The notes beneath the pieces were generated by a model. The model did no database searches and had not been told where the DNA came from. It saw only the letters and a list, made by a program, of their open reading frames with translations. From Negaprion brevirostris (lineage: Eukaryota): a stretch of 64,000 bases of DNA. The translations under genes were made by a program, and so were the position numbers. The stretch lies in contig JARDVH010000132.1 in the NCBI GenBank assembly GCA_030324005.1, positions 73,930,919-73,994,918 of the forward strand. Direction: 5' to 3'. Of this stretch, positions 1 through 12,145 are shown piece after piece (within the stretch, counting starts at the first letter, position 1; every line of letters begins with the position of its first letter).

Positions 1-419
1 ACTGTTAACGCAGCAAGTCAGAAAAGAAGCTGTTGATTCTTCTAAGCAATAGAGCAGTAAATACCATCAAAGCTGCTTGGAAAAGAAAATGACACAATAC
101 ACACACCAATCCTCGAAACTGTGCTTTGCATTGCAGGAAATAGGGGTAACAGTGGCGAATGCAATTTGATACAATGCACCCATCATTGTAATAGGAGTAA
201 TACCAGTCAGTTACAGAGGAGAGAGTTCTTGGACGAGTTGGTCAGCTATTGAACAAATTTTCAAGAGGCTCAAGCAAGGAATCATAAAAAGATTCAGTGA
301 AGTGACGGAAACTACAGAGCTGAAGAATCCACTGAACACAAAACAATAAATAATTGTGGGGAAATCCACAAAGCTGAAATCAATGAGCAAGATTACTACG
401 AGCCTCCAGCCCCTGTTGC

Positions 420-1200
420 CTAGAAAAATATTGAGAGAGTGTTTTATTGGCTGATTCTAAAGCATCCCCATTGAAACTGGCACTCATTGTTAAGTTTCCA
501 AAATTCTCTAGAAGCAGAAATTGGACCAAAGGACCAGATGATGATAAATATTACCCCTATTTTAAACAAAAGGAATCATGCCAACAAACTATAGTCTTCT
601 GTGAAACATTAGCGGTGGATGAAACTAGTAAACATTTGAGAAGGCATTAACTTACCAAGAACATTCAGTGTGGAATTATATCAAGCAGGTCACACTTGAA
701 TAGTTAGATGTTTAGAACAAAAATCCCTGACAGTCTGTCTGAAAAGATTTCAGAATGTACTGAATTTTATATATCAATCTTAAGAAAGCAATTGGTAATG
801 TACCACACGTGAGACTTGTTATGAAACTTAAGGCAACAGATATGTATGGTAATATAGCATCCTGAGTAACCGGGACACAGGAATTCATGAATAGGGAATA
901 ATTGAATATACTTCNNNNNNNNNNNNNNNNNNNNNNNNNNNNNNNNNNNNNNTCTAACGTCCTGGTTACTTCCACACTCATTTAGCAATCATATTTCATG
1001 TTGGTTGACTATTTTCTATTGACTTCAGTGGAAAACAAAATGGGGTGGGGTCAAAAATGAACTGCTAGTCTGATCACATCAGTTTCCCATCAATTAAAAT
1101 TGTTTGTGATTTGGTTAGTGAGCCCTTAAATGTACATTTCAATAAACGATTTTGATGCAAGAGAAGTGATCTTGATGTGTTGGTATACATCAAAGGAAGA
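420..1200 (+). mobile_element. Decayed CR1-type LINE reverse transcriptase fragment
   Basis: Frameshifted remnants resembling ANITPIFKKG (aatattacccctattttaaacaaaagg) and KKAxxxVPHxRLxxKLKA (aagaaagcaattggtaatgtaccacacgtgagacttgttatgaaacttaaggca). Confidence 0.6.
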
Positions 1201-1210
1201 GGCAAAGACT

Positions 1211-1519
1211 GGGCAGCATGGTGACACAATGGTTAGCACTGCTGTCTCGCAGTGCTAAGGACCCGGGTTCAATTCTTGGCTTGTGTCACTGCCTGTGCGG
1301 AGTCCGCACAATCTCCCTGCCTCTGTGTGGGCTTCCTCTGGGTGCTTCAGTTTCCTCCCACAGTCCGAAAGATGTGCTGCATTGGCCACACTAAATTCTC
1401 CCTCAGTGTATCTGAATAGGAGCCAGAGTGTGGTGACTAGGGGATTTTCACAGTTGCTTCATTTCAGTGTTAATGTGGGCCTACTTGTGACACCACTAAG
1501 TAAACTTAAACTTAAAACT
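1211..1519 (+). mobile_element. HE1-like V-SINE with alternative (type-ii) tail
   Basis: tRNA-like head (gggcagcatggtgacacaatggttagcact...gggttcaattc), V-domain (gtgggcttcctctgggtgcttcagtttcctcccacagtcc), tail gactaggggattttcacag...ctacttgtgac...(aaactt)n. Confidence 0.8.
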
Positions 1520-2074
1520 CTGAATAAGAGCCTGGAAATTGTAGGAAAACAAAAGTAGGTTTGTAGAGTGGGCAGATAGGTGTCGGATGCAACTAAGGGG
1601 CACTTGGCTATTTGGATAGAAAGTTGATTGGCGGAAAGCAAAGGGTAAAAGCCAAAGAAACATCATCAGACGACACAGGGATAGAGAGTGATAGTTCACA
1701 GGGTCCTGCTCAGTCGTGTTGAATGATTAGTAGTATTAAATATAGAAAATATGTGAAGTTATGCCTGTGCTAGAACTGAGAATAACCCTCGTCACTCATC
1801 TTAGCCCAGAAATTGTTAGTGATTTGGATAGTGAGCAGAGAAAAGAGGATTTAACCATAACTCACACAGGCTACAGATACAGTGATGGAGAAGCCTCAAC
1901 CTTTCATATTACCTAACTGGTTCAAGGTACTTGCTATTGGTTTGAATGAGAACACAGACTGCTGGGAGGATGGACAAATTGCTCATGATATTATGGCTCA
2001 AGAGGACCTGGATAGAATAGGCTTGGGAATTTAGAAGGCTATTGGTTAGAGACTCTCAGATTGTAAGATGCTGA

Positions 2075-2336
2075 CCATTTAGAATGATGTGGAGAAAATT
2101 TTCCTTATTCAGAGGGTTGTGAATCTTTGGAATTTTCTACCTTAAAAAGTTGTGGACACTCAGTTGTTGAGTATATTAATAGGATTGAGAGTGATGGAGG
2201 GAATCTAGGGATGTGGGAATAGGGTGGAAAAGTGGGGTTGATGTAATAGATCAAATAGGATTTGACTGAATGGTAGAGCAGGCTTAATGTCCAGATAGTC
2301 TACCATTGCTCATATTTCTCAGGTCCTTATGTTCTT
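2075..2336 (+). mobile_element. CR1 LINE 3' end
   Basis: cagagggttgtgaatctttggaatt... ending gaatggtagagcaggc...cttatgttctta, typical of shark CR1 tails. Confidence 0.65.
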
Positions 2337-2424
2337 AATTCAGAACAGAAATGAAACATAAATGTTGAGAATTAATAGGATTAGTGAAATACAGAAATTT
2401 ATAGCAGAAGAAGGAAACCATGCA

Positions 2425-2980
2425 ACAAATAACAATAACTTGTATCCAGATGGTAAATGTAACCTAGTAAGATGTCCCAAGGCATTTCACGGCAGCATTA
2501 TAAAACAAAGTATGACACTGAGCCACACAAAGGGAGGTAAGACAGATAGCCAATAGCTTAATTGGCCAAGGAAGTAAGTGTTAAGGAGCATCGTAAAGAT
2601 GGAAAGAGAGATTGAGAGAGAAAAGTTTAGCGAGGGAATTCCAGGACTTAGGACTTAGGCAACTGAAGGCATAACCACCAACGGTTAGCAATTAAAATCA
2701 GGGTATGCCCAAGAGACCAAAACTCTATGGATCGTTTTGAAAGATTGTAGGGCTGGAGGAGTGTACAGAGATAGGGAGGGATTTGAAAATGAAGATGAGA
2801 AATTTAGAAACAAAGTATTGCCTACAGAGGAGCCAATGTGGTCAGCAAGCAGGGGATGTTGTGTGAAGAACATTTGTTGTGAGTTAGGAGATGGACAGCA
2901 GAGTTTTAGATGACCTTAAGTTTACAGAGTGTAGAGTATGGGAGATTGACCAGGAATGTTTTATAATAGTTAAACCTAAA
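2425..2980 (-). mobile_element. L2-type LINE 3' fragment
   Basis: Reverse-complement of the L2 tail (aacaataacttg...gtcccaaggcatttcac...gacactgagccac...gggaattccagg). Confidence 0.55.
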
Positions 2981-3034
2981 GGTAACAAATAAACTGTGCT
3001 ACCGTGGAGTCTGGCAAGGTAATAGCCACTGTGA

Positions 3035-3167
3035 CGTGAATTTTCTGGTTGTACATGCCCCACAGCTGCTGACAGCGAGAACAGAGAATTTGGCACTCAG
3101 CCAAACTTCTTTCACTGTAGTGGGACAGGAGAATCCCAACTGCAAATGAGGTCAGAGAATCTGGCTC
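3035..3167. mobile_element. ~130-bp Harbinger-type MITE
   Basis: Ends gacgtgaattttct...agagaatctggctc. The internal sequence is similar to the MITE at 9305-9440. Confidence 0.55.
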
Positions 3168-3263
3168 ATGTCTCTGCCAGTTTTTAGCTAGAGCAATGAA
3201 AAACAAGTCATGTTGTCCTGCACTATCCCCATGGTCCTGTAGCTTTCTCTACTTTAAATATGT

Positions 3264-3573
3264 GGGCAACACAGTGGTTAGCACTGCTGCCTCATAGCTC
3301 CAGGGACCTGGGATCAATTCCGGCCTTGGATGACTGTCCGTGTGGAGTTTGCACATTTTGCATGGGTTTCCTCCAGGTGCTCCAATTTCCCCCCACAGTC
3401 CAAAGGTTAGATGGATTGCCATACTAAATTGCCCCTTAGCGTCTCAAGATGTGCAGTTTCAATGGATTAGCCATGTGTGGGTTTGCAGGGATAGGGTGAG
3501 GGTGATTGCCTAGATAAAATAGTCAGTGCAGACTCGATGGGCCAAATAGTCTCTTCTGCACTTTAGGAACTCC
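3264..3573 (+). mobile_element. HE1 V-SINE (CR1-type tail)
   Basis: acagtggttagcactgctgcctca...gtggagtttgcac...aaattgccccttag...gcagactcgatgggccaaatagtctcttctgcact. Confidence 0.85.
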
Positions 3574-5967
3574 AAGCTCTATCCTCTCTTTTAAAAAATG
3601 CATTAGTCACTGCCTAAATTAACTTCTGTAGTAGAAGATGCCATACTCTAACAATTATCTTCTTCAAAATAATCTCCTAACCTATTTTCTCACTGAAGTT
3701 CGGGATAACTTTAAGGTGTCAATGATTTCTCAATCAGAGGAAATAAGTAGGATTGATTCATTGGATTGCAGGCATTGTTAGGCACATATTAGGGAGCAAA
3801 AAAACAAGTGAGTAACATGGTTAATGAAAATGTGCTGGAACAACAAGAATATATGTTTCAGTTTCAATTACTAATAGTGCACAAGGTGAATGCACTCCAT
3901 ACTTTAATCTCTGGTGTAATAACAATACAGGACAAGAGATTGACTATACTGGAGGTCACCATGTAGGACTTATCATTAATTGGGCTGCAATGGAATTAAT
4001 AACGAGATAGAACTATTTGGAACCACGACTAGCTGCATTGTCATGAATTCCAGTTCAGTGTGATTGGAAAGATACTGTGACAAGATTAAGGGCATTCTTG
4101 TTTAATTTTAAATCCTAAATCAATAAATTTTTGCCAGGCAAGAGTACAGTCTGACAGAGATATCAAAACAATTGCAATGTTCAATGTCTCCCTCACATCA
4201 TCGTTAGGAAATCAACGTTCTGGGGAGTGACCCTGATGAACTTACACTTACGATCTCCTGGAGACATTAAGATCTCCAGTGAGACACTGCAATACATCCT
4301 GTAACCTGGTACACAGACATTACAGATTTCAACTTGTCCTTCAATCACTATTTTATCACTGGAAGAATGAAGATCAAAAGAATCTTTGATGAAGATTTTG
4401 ATTCATTAGCTATCATCATCTGAAAGTACTAGATTCACTTTCTTCTAATTATAGCTGTTAACACCTCCATGAATAGAGAAGGAGAACTTGATTCCAGCAT
4501 TATATCTAAAGGACAACACTGATAAGAGTGCAACATTTTTATTACAGTTTAGATGACATGTCAGGGACCTTTAGGCTTAACTTGCCAATTTTCTGATGCA
4601 AAGATAAGACTGTTGCCCAATTTATAAGGCTCTTTTCCCTGCAGCATTGTGGGAGCACTTTTATGGACATCAGAGATTCAGGAAATATCCACCACCACTT
4701 TCACCAGGAACAGGGGCAATAAATGACAACCCGATAGCGATACCTACATCCCAAGAGTAAATTAAAAAATGAAATCAAGGTAATGGTCAACGTCAGTCTG
4801 AACCAGTAGTGGACACCCAGGGGCTACATGCAGCCTATCTGAGTTCTGAGGGCAGCCCACAAGACATTCTGTTGACTGTTGCCCACAGTGGAGGGAAATT
4901 TTGAGCCCACACTTGCCATCCTTGCAAATATTGGCGGGGCTCAAGAGTCAGAAGTCACAGTTCTTGCCGTANNNNNNNNNNNNNNNTTACGTCTATAACA
5001 TGATGGCATGAACATGATTGACATGCATCTGAATAGAAATTTATACAATTGACCTGCCCCCTCACCAGATTTGACCCTCTGCCATGTATTGACACCATGT
5101 TGACATGACATTGACACACTTTACAACAGGTTCATCAAGTCATGAACCCATTGTGGGTGTTTCCTCAGGGATGCAAAGGTAAGTATAGCCTTAAGGGAGA
5201 GAAACATGGCCAGGCAGTGGTTTAGAAATGTCTCTGGCACTGCCCCTTGGGAAAGGTTGGCACTACCAAGTTGGCACCATGTTAATCTGGTAAAGACAAG
5301 CTGGCAGTGCCAATCTGTGCCAAGGGGTGGGCCCAATGGGGGGAGGATTCATTTAGATGCGGTGGTGGCTGGGAGCAGAGGGAGGAGCTGGGGGTGCCAC
5401 ATTGGCCTTTTCGGAAGAATGGGGGCGAGGATGGGTTGGAGGTAGGTGCCGGCTTAGACTGTGTGTGTGAGTTGGGGGGCGGTGGAGGTGAAGTGTCTGA
5501 TGATTGGAGGGGATGGGGACAATAATTGGGGGAGGGGGAGAAGGTGCTANNNNNNNNNNNNNNNNNNNNNNCCAGTGATCGAGGTGAGGGGGTGATGATT
5601 GCAGGGGAGTGGATGCAGGGCTGATGATTGGAGATGGGAGTACAGAAGTGCCAACTCGTATCGGGGTAGGGAGCGAAGCCTCTGAGAGCTCAGTGGTGGT
5701 TATATAGGTTATGATTGGAGTGCCGTTAAAAGATGGCACTCCGATCTCCGTGTAGCTGGGTTTCACTGGTGTGTTGAGGCTCCACCCTAATATGACCCCT
5801 TCATTTTTTCCTGGCAGCCTGTCGCAAGATTTGGAGAGAACATGCCAATTTTCTCACTGGAAACAACACTGCCATTTTTTGGTAAGATTTATTCCACTGA
5901 ATTGTCACATTCTGCTGGCTTCCATCCTTGTGACTTTTTCCAGTGGTGTGACTATAGTGATATCCAC

Positions 5968-6385
5968 ATGGAGTGAGGGCCCATGGAGGGAGGGCATGTG
6001 GAGTGTGAGCATTTGGAGTAAGGGTACATCGAGTGAGAGTGTGTGGAGTGAGGGAGTGTGGAGTGAGAGTGCATGGTGCAAGAGTGCATGGAGTGAGAGT
6101 ATGTGGTTTGATAGTACATGGTGTGAGGGCATGTGGAGTGAGACTGCGTGGAGTGAGAGTGCGTGGAGTGAGGGTGCATGAGTAAAGGTGCGTGGAGTGA
6201 GGGTGTGTGGAGTGAGGGTGCATGCAGTGAGAATTCATGGATTGAAGGTGTGTGGAATGAGGGTGTGTGGAGCGAGGGTGTGTGGAGCGAGGGTGTGTGG
6301 AGCGAGGGTGCTGGAGCGAGGGTGCTGGAGCGAGGGTGCTGGAGCGAGGGTGCTGGAGTGAGGGTGCATGGAGTGAGGGTGCATG
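5968..6385. repeat. Degenerate 14-15-bp minisatellite (TGGAGTGAGGGTGYR)n
   Basis: About 28 tandem units. It generates the spurious WSEGV / HPHST / LTPHT repeat ORFs. Confidence 0.92.
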
Positions 6386-9304
6386 CTTATTGCGCACAAC
6401 ATTCATTCTGAGAGCTGACTGCTCCCTCTGTATCCAATCAAACATAAATATTTATTCTGTTTTTAGTAATTTTGCTTGATCACAGTCCTCTCAATATATG
6501 AATAATTAAACATTTTCTGTAACTTGTTATGAAATATTAAATGTGTATTAAATGTATTTAAACTTATTCATGGGGTAATGGTTAGTGATAAGCCTGATTT
6601 CAATCCTGTGGCCCACTGAAATCGAGGAGGGCCACTCATGCGGCCCACTCATTGACCTAAGTTGCCCATCAGTGGTATGGATTAATTTAGTTTAGCTGTC
6701 CTTACCTTCATGTCTGCTGTCCTTCTTATCATGAGCAAGTACCTTCCTGAGACAGGAGTGGAAAGTATAGATGACTATTCTCCAATTACTCACATGGGTT
6801 AGTTTGACATGATTCGTAATAGTCAGTCTGAAAACAGGCCACCCAAGAGAGTAATTGGCTGAAATTCAACAGAAACATTGAGGTACTGTACCTTAAAGAG
6901 AGCACAAATCCTCAAAAGAAGTCCTGCTTCTGCTGTACGGTGAATGCCAGCTGTTGTCTATGAGATTCCTGGTGAAAATTATTTTTGTTTTCTAGTTTGT
7001 TTATTGCTGGCATATGATTGAGAAGTATTTGAATTAGTTGGGCAGTTGCTGGGAAACCGCAGCATCACATCATTTCCTGAAATATTCATTCATTCATTAT
7101 AAACCTTGTACCCAATGACAATTACAATGTCTGAGGGTAGACTACTCCTTTTGTAAGTCCTCTAAACAGATTAAACTCCTGCTTTTATTTGTTATATTTA
7201 AGGGTAATAGAAATAAAATCACCTACATGTAGTTGATTGGGGGGGAGAGGGTATTTTTACATGTAAAAGTTATAACATTTTTTATCAGAGTCTCCATATA
7301 AGTTAGCTGATGTAAAGCAGTTGGCAAAGACTTGTTATCTCTCACCCAATAAGTTGGGCAATATGGCCAGTTGAAACCAGCTGGATTCAGTTACCAAATG
7401 CCAGGATAGTTTTTTTTCCAGATTTCCTGTTTGACAAACTGAAGTGTTGGACTGTTTTGGCAATGTGTGAACACCAGTTTGAATTAAAGGCCTTGTTTAA
7501 TCGGCAGTAAAATTTTTAACTCCTCCATTGCATGAAATGCATTGCTTGAGCCAACAGTAAAACTCAATGCTCACGGTCAACTTTAGTCCTTTATACCCAG
7601 TGGATTTATTTACAGAACCATAAAATCTTACAGCACAGAAGGTAGCCATTTTGCCATCACACCTATACTGGCTGTTTGTGAGGGCTGCCAAATTCAGCCT
7701 CACATTTCAGCTTTTTCACCCATTATGCTGCAAATTAATCTTCCCTGGATATATAACAAATTGCATTTTGGGAGTTCTTATGGAATCTATCTCCACATCC
7801 ACTTTCAGAACTCTTTCCATGGGGCCTGAAGTGGGTGGGGCAGAGTAGGGCCATGGAGAGGGAGGGCATGAAGTGGCGGGGGAGCATGAAGGAAGGGGTT
7901 CATGAATGGGGTCATTAAGGGGACATGAAGTGGGGGCACATGAAGGGAGTTATGAAANNNNNNNNNNNNNNNNNNNNNNNNNNNNNNNNNNNNNNNNNNN
8001 NNNNNNNNNNNNNNNNNNNNNNNNNNNNNNNNNNNNNNNNNNNNNNNNNNNNNNNNNTGCAATTCTTTGTTGGGGAGGGGAAGGGTGGGGAAACATCCCT
8101 TCAAAGGTGGGGGAGGGGTGTTTACCCAATGTCCAAGGGGGGGGAAGGGTGGGAGTTCCTCAATTTCATTATGTGATTTAAAAATGGCACCTGATCTCTG
8201 TGAGACTGGGCTTGCCCCTCTCAGAACCAGTACAAAATTCACCCCTCTCCCAAAAAAATGACTAAGTGTGGGAAATTTGCGGTCTGATTTGCGCAACAAA
8301 CCTTTCTCTCATTCAAAATGACACTTTGGATATTCCTGAGTTGGAACTAAATCCATGCCAATGGGAAACCTGGAAGGTTAGCAACATTAACCATCGGTGG
8401 TGGGGGGAATTCTCCCAATTGATAGATGTTAATTTATTCATTCCGGACAACCCGAAGGTGGCGATTTTAAAATGGTGACCTCATCTCTATGCATGGAGAT
8501 AGGCCCCTCCACAACAAAAACAAGTGGTGGCCTCCACATTGACCAGTGGGGCATGACCAAATCCTTACCAAAGAGATGCATCCTCCTCCCCCCATGCCCC
8601 TTCCCCCGCGTCCCCCCCCTCCCCGCCGCCACAAATAGCGGGTAACAGGAGGAAGCAGGAGAATAGGGTTGAGGAACTTATCAGCCATGATTAAATAGCA
8701 CAGCAGACTTAATGGGCCAAATAGCCTAACTCTGTTCCTATATTTTATGGTCACCAGGCCATGTCAGTGCCAGGGGATAGTGTACTCTTGGCATTGCCAA
8801 AACACATGGCTTGTGGAAGGTCTGAAGGGGAAGGGGGCTAAGTTGGGGATATGGGAGAGAAAAGGAGTTGTGTGGGCTGTCTGAAAAAGAAGGGGACAGG
8901 CTGTGTGGGGAGTCTGAGGGGGGAGAGGAATTGATTGGGATAAACCTCATGCCTGAGTGGTGTAGGAGGGGGGAGGATGACTCTCATTGCAAAGGGGTTG
9001 GTGGTGCTTCCTTGATCCTCGGGGTTCTACACATAAGGTTCTCCCTTGTGAGGACCTGTGCAAAAATCCACCCAGTGCACATTCCGCTGGGATATATGAT
9101 CTAAGACCCTAAGAAATAGGAACAGAGGAGGCCAACTGGCCCTTCAAGCCCGGTTCACCATTCAATAGGATCATGGTTAATCTAACATTCCTCATGTGCA
9201 CTTTCCTGCCCTTTATTCTCAGAGTATGTCTATCTTCCTAGACTCTCCCACGAGGGGAAACATCCTCTCAGCATTTACAATATCAAGCCACTTAAGAATG
9301 CCAT

Positions 9305-9440
9305 GGGTGAGATTTTACTGGCAGTTCGTGCCAAGCTCCTGCTGCAGTGAGGTTGGAGAATTTGGGGCTAAACCATATTTCCATTCACTGCAGCAGGATG
9401 GGAAAATCCCACCGGGATGAATGGCTGTAACATTCCATCC
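9305..9440. mobile_element. Harbinger-type MITE
   Basis: gggtgagatttta...taacattccatcc, flanked by the 3-bp cat/tat, and cleanly splits the CR1 fragment. Confidence 0.65.
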
Positions 9441-9514
9441 TATATGTTTCAATGAGATCACCTCTCATTCTTCTAGATGCCAATGAGAATAGTCCCGGCC
9501 TGTTTACATTTCTT

Positions 9515-9811
9515 CATGGTGTCACAGTGATTAGCACTGCTGTCTCACAGCGCCTGGATTCGATTCCCAGCTCAAGTCACTGTCTGTGCAGTGTTTGCAT
9601 GTTCTCCCTGTGTCTGCGTGGGTTTCCTCCTGGTGCCCTGGTTTCTTTCCATAGTCTGATGATGCGTGGGTTAGGTGGATTGGCCATGTTAAATTGCCCC
9701 TTAGTGTCAGGGACTAGCTAGGTTAAATACATGGGGTCATGGAAATAGGGCCTGGATGGGATTGTGGTCGGTAGAGACTCGGTGGGATAAATGACCTCCT
9801 TCTGCATTATG
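9515..9811 (+). mobile_element. HE1 V-SINE
   Basis: cacagtgattagcactgctgtctcacagcgcc...gtgtctgcgtgggtttcctcc...aaattgccccttagtgtc...cctccttctgca. Confidence 0.85.
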
Positions 9812-10444
9812 TTTCCATAAGACAGACCATCCGTACAGGGAATCATCCTTTCGAACCATCTCTGAACTGCTGCCAATGAAATAATATCTTTTCTTAAATA
9901 AGAGGACCAAACCTATCTGTATGTTCTCAGGAAGTAAGCAAGGTTTCCTAAATCCCAGAACAAAATTACGAAAGAAAAATATAACCCCAATAGTTCTAAT
10001 GGGGAATTCACCTCATTCACAATGAGGACTTATAAAACCATACCAACCATCTCTACACCAAACCACCCACCTGCCACCCACTACTCACATAAAAAATAAG
10101 GTGAAGGATATTAAAAGTTGTAATACCTCAGTATAAATGCAAGGGTTACAACACATTAAAAAAAGCAAACACCAAGTACAGTCCCCAGTGGAAAGAAGGA
10201 GACTCCCAAACAAGCAAACTATGGCCTCCCCTGTTTCACTTTCAGAATGCCATCAAAAATAAAAAATCATCTCTGAGTTTCACAGTATAACAGGATTACT
10301 GGTGCCAAAAGCTTCAGTGATTATATAGCATACAACCTTGTCAGGAAAAGATATATCACAAAATCTGGGTTATAATCACAAAGGAACAAAGTTCAGCATT
10401 AATTCTGAACTGCAGCTTGAAAAGACCAAAAACATGTCAGCATC

Positions 10445-11212
10445 AAAGAACAAAGAACAAAGAAAATTGCAGCATAGGAACAGGTCTTTCGGCCCTCCAA
10501 GCCTGCACCAACAATGCTTCCCGACCTAACTAAAACCCCTTACTCTTCTGGGGACCATATCCCTCTATTCTCATCCTATTCAAGTGTTTGTCAAAATGCC
10601 CCTTAAAAGCCACTACTGTATCTGCTTCCACACCTCCCCCGGCAACGAGTTCTAGGCNNNNNNNNNNNNNNNNNNNNNNNNNNNNNNNNNNNNNNNNNNN
10701 NNNNNNNNNNNNNNNNNNNNNNNNNNNNNNNNNNNNNNNNNNNNNNNNNNNNNNNNNGTAATATTGAAGTTATTTTTGCAACCGGGCCCTATGCTGGTGA
10801 ACAATGCCTGGTGCTATTTCCCCAATAGGAGTGACTCTTCAGAGTAAGTTCACACACACAGGAGCGTAGGAGATAGGAGCAAGAGTAGGCCACTTTACTC
10901 CTCAGGCCCGGTCTGCAATTCAACACAAAGAACAAAGAAAATTCCAGCACAGGAACAGGCCCTTCGGCCCTCCAAGCCTGCACCCACCATGCTCCCGACT
11001 TAACTAAAACCCCCTACCCTTCCGGGCACCCTATCCCTCTATTCCCATCCTATTCATGATATTGCTGAGACACCCCTTAAAAGTCACTGCCGTATCCGCT
11101 TCCACTGCCTCCCCCGGCAATGAGTTCCAGACACCCACTACTCTCTGTGTAAAATATCTGCCTCGTACATCTCTTTTAAACCTTGCCGTTGCACTTTAAA
11201 CCTGTGCCCCAT
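10445..11212 (-). mobile_element. Two CR1 LINE 3' ends of one subfamily (10445-10657 and 10927-11212) plus a short tail fragment
   Basis: Both begin aaagaacaaagaaaatt..agcacaggaacaggcccttcggccctccaagcctgcacc and align to each other over about 200 bp. Confidence 0.75.
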
Positions 11213-11214
11213 TG

Positions 11215-12145
11215 AGCAACATCCAAGATCCATCCAGAGCTTCGTCAAAGCCTGTGTAATTGTGCCATATTGTTGTCCTGAAATCCTGGTAAAGAAAGAC
11301 CTAGGCCCCGGTGAGTGGCAAGGACCCAACAAGTCCGGCTGCCTCCGGCCCTCCTTGACAAATATTAAGGGCAAGACAACATAAGACCAGTGGTCAGAGT
11401 CTTCAACTGACTCCAAGCTTCAAAGACCGGATGCAGTGTGCTTCATCAAACTCAAGACTCTCAACCTCAAATTGAGATTTATAGAATATAGAATCCCTAC
11501 AGTACAAAAGGGTCTGCATTGACAACAATCTCACCTCGGCCCTACCCCCGCAACCCGACATATTTACCCCTCTAATTCCACTAATCTATGCATCCCATGC
11601 AATAAGTGGCATGCCAGCCTATTCTCAAATGTCCAGGAGTTCATCCCCAGCTCCCCTTGGGAGACTGAGCACACAGATACTCTTTCTCGCCTTATCTCCT
11701 GGAGTCAGCCAGGACGTACAATACACCAAGAACTGAAAGTGAGCACCACCGAGGAAACTGCCCTCTCCAGTAACAGGATTCTCTTCTCTGCTTCACCCAT
11801 TCTCTTTGGGATATCTTGCAGTTTATCGATGTGAGCACCAATAATCTGTGCCAGGGAGCCAAGAACATCGTTCACAACTTCAGCCACAACAATGCTATCG
11901 CCATCACCAAAGCCTGCGCCCACTCACCAATGAAATTGCCGTCACAGCAAGAATTGTTTTGATTTAATCTGGCTCCCCTTCACCAAAATTCAGCCAGGGT
12001 CTTCCAGGACTTTAGGAAGGGTTATACCCACCAGGAAAGGATAATTATGGGGTTGTGCATCAGGGTAAAAAATGGATTAAAAAATGAGTAGGGCTGGAGT
12101 TTGCAAAAACATTCCCACTCCCTCACTTCAATCACGTGACCTCTG
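11215..12145 (-). mobile_element. L1-type LINE 5' end / ORF1 remnant, split by an HE1 tail fragment (11484-11610)
   Basis: Coiled-coil peptide DKLQDIPKRMGEAEKRILLLE followed by LESVEDSDHWS (degenerate LEnrsRR) resembles L1 ORF1p. Weak overall. Confidence 0.45.

Larger units (their letters stand above)
9103..9915 (-). mobile_element. CR1 LINE 3' fragment interrupted by a MITE and an HE1 SINE
   Basis: taagaaataggaacagaggaggcc...ccattcaataggatcatgg. The CR1 sequence resumes after each insertion (tatatgtttcaatgagatcacctctcattc; gaccaaacct). Confidence 0.65.

Noticed and set aside
4232-4260. CTGATGA motif (possible hammerhead or C/D box)
   Set aside because: No stem II or GAAA follows, and it lies in decayed repeat sequence.
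5771-6479. Long repetitive ORFs on both strands (up to 214 aa)
   Set aside because: They are translations of the 14-15-bp minisatellite, with no splice or domain support.
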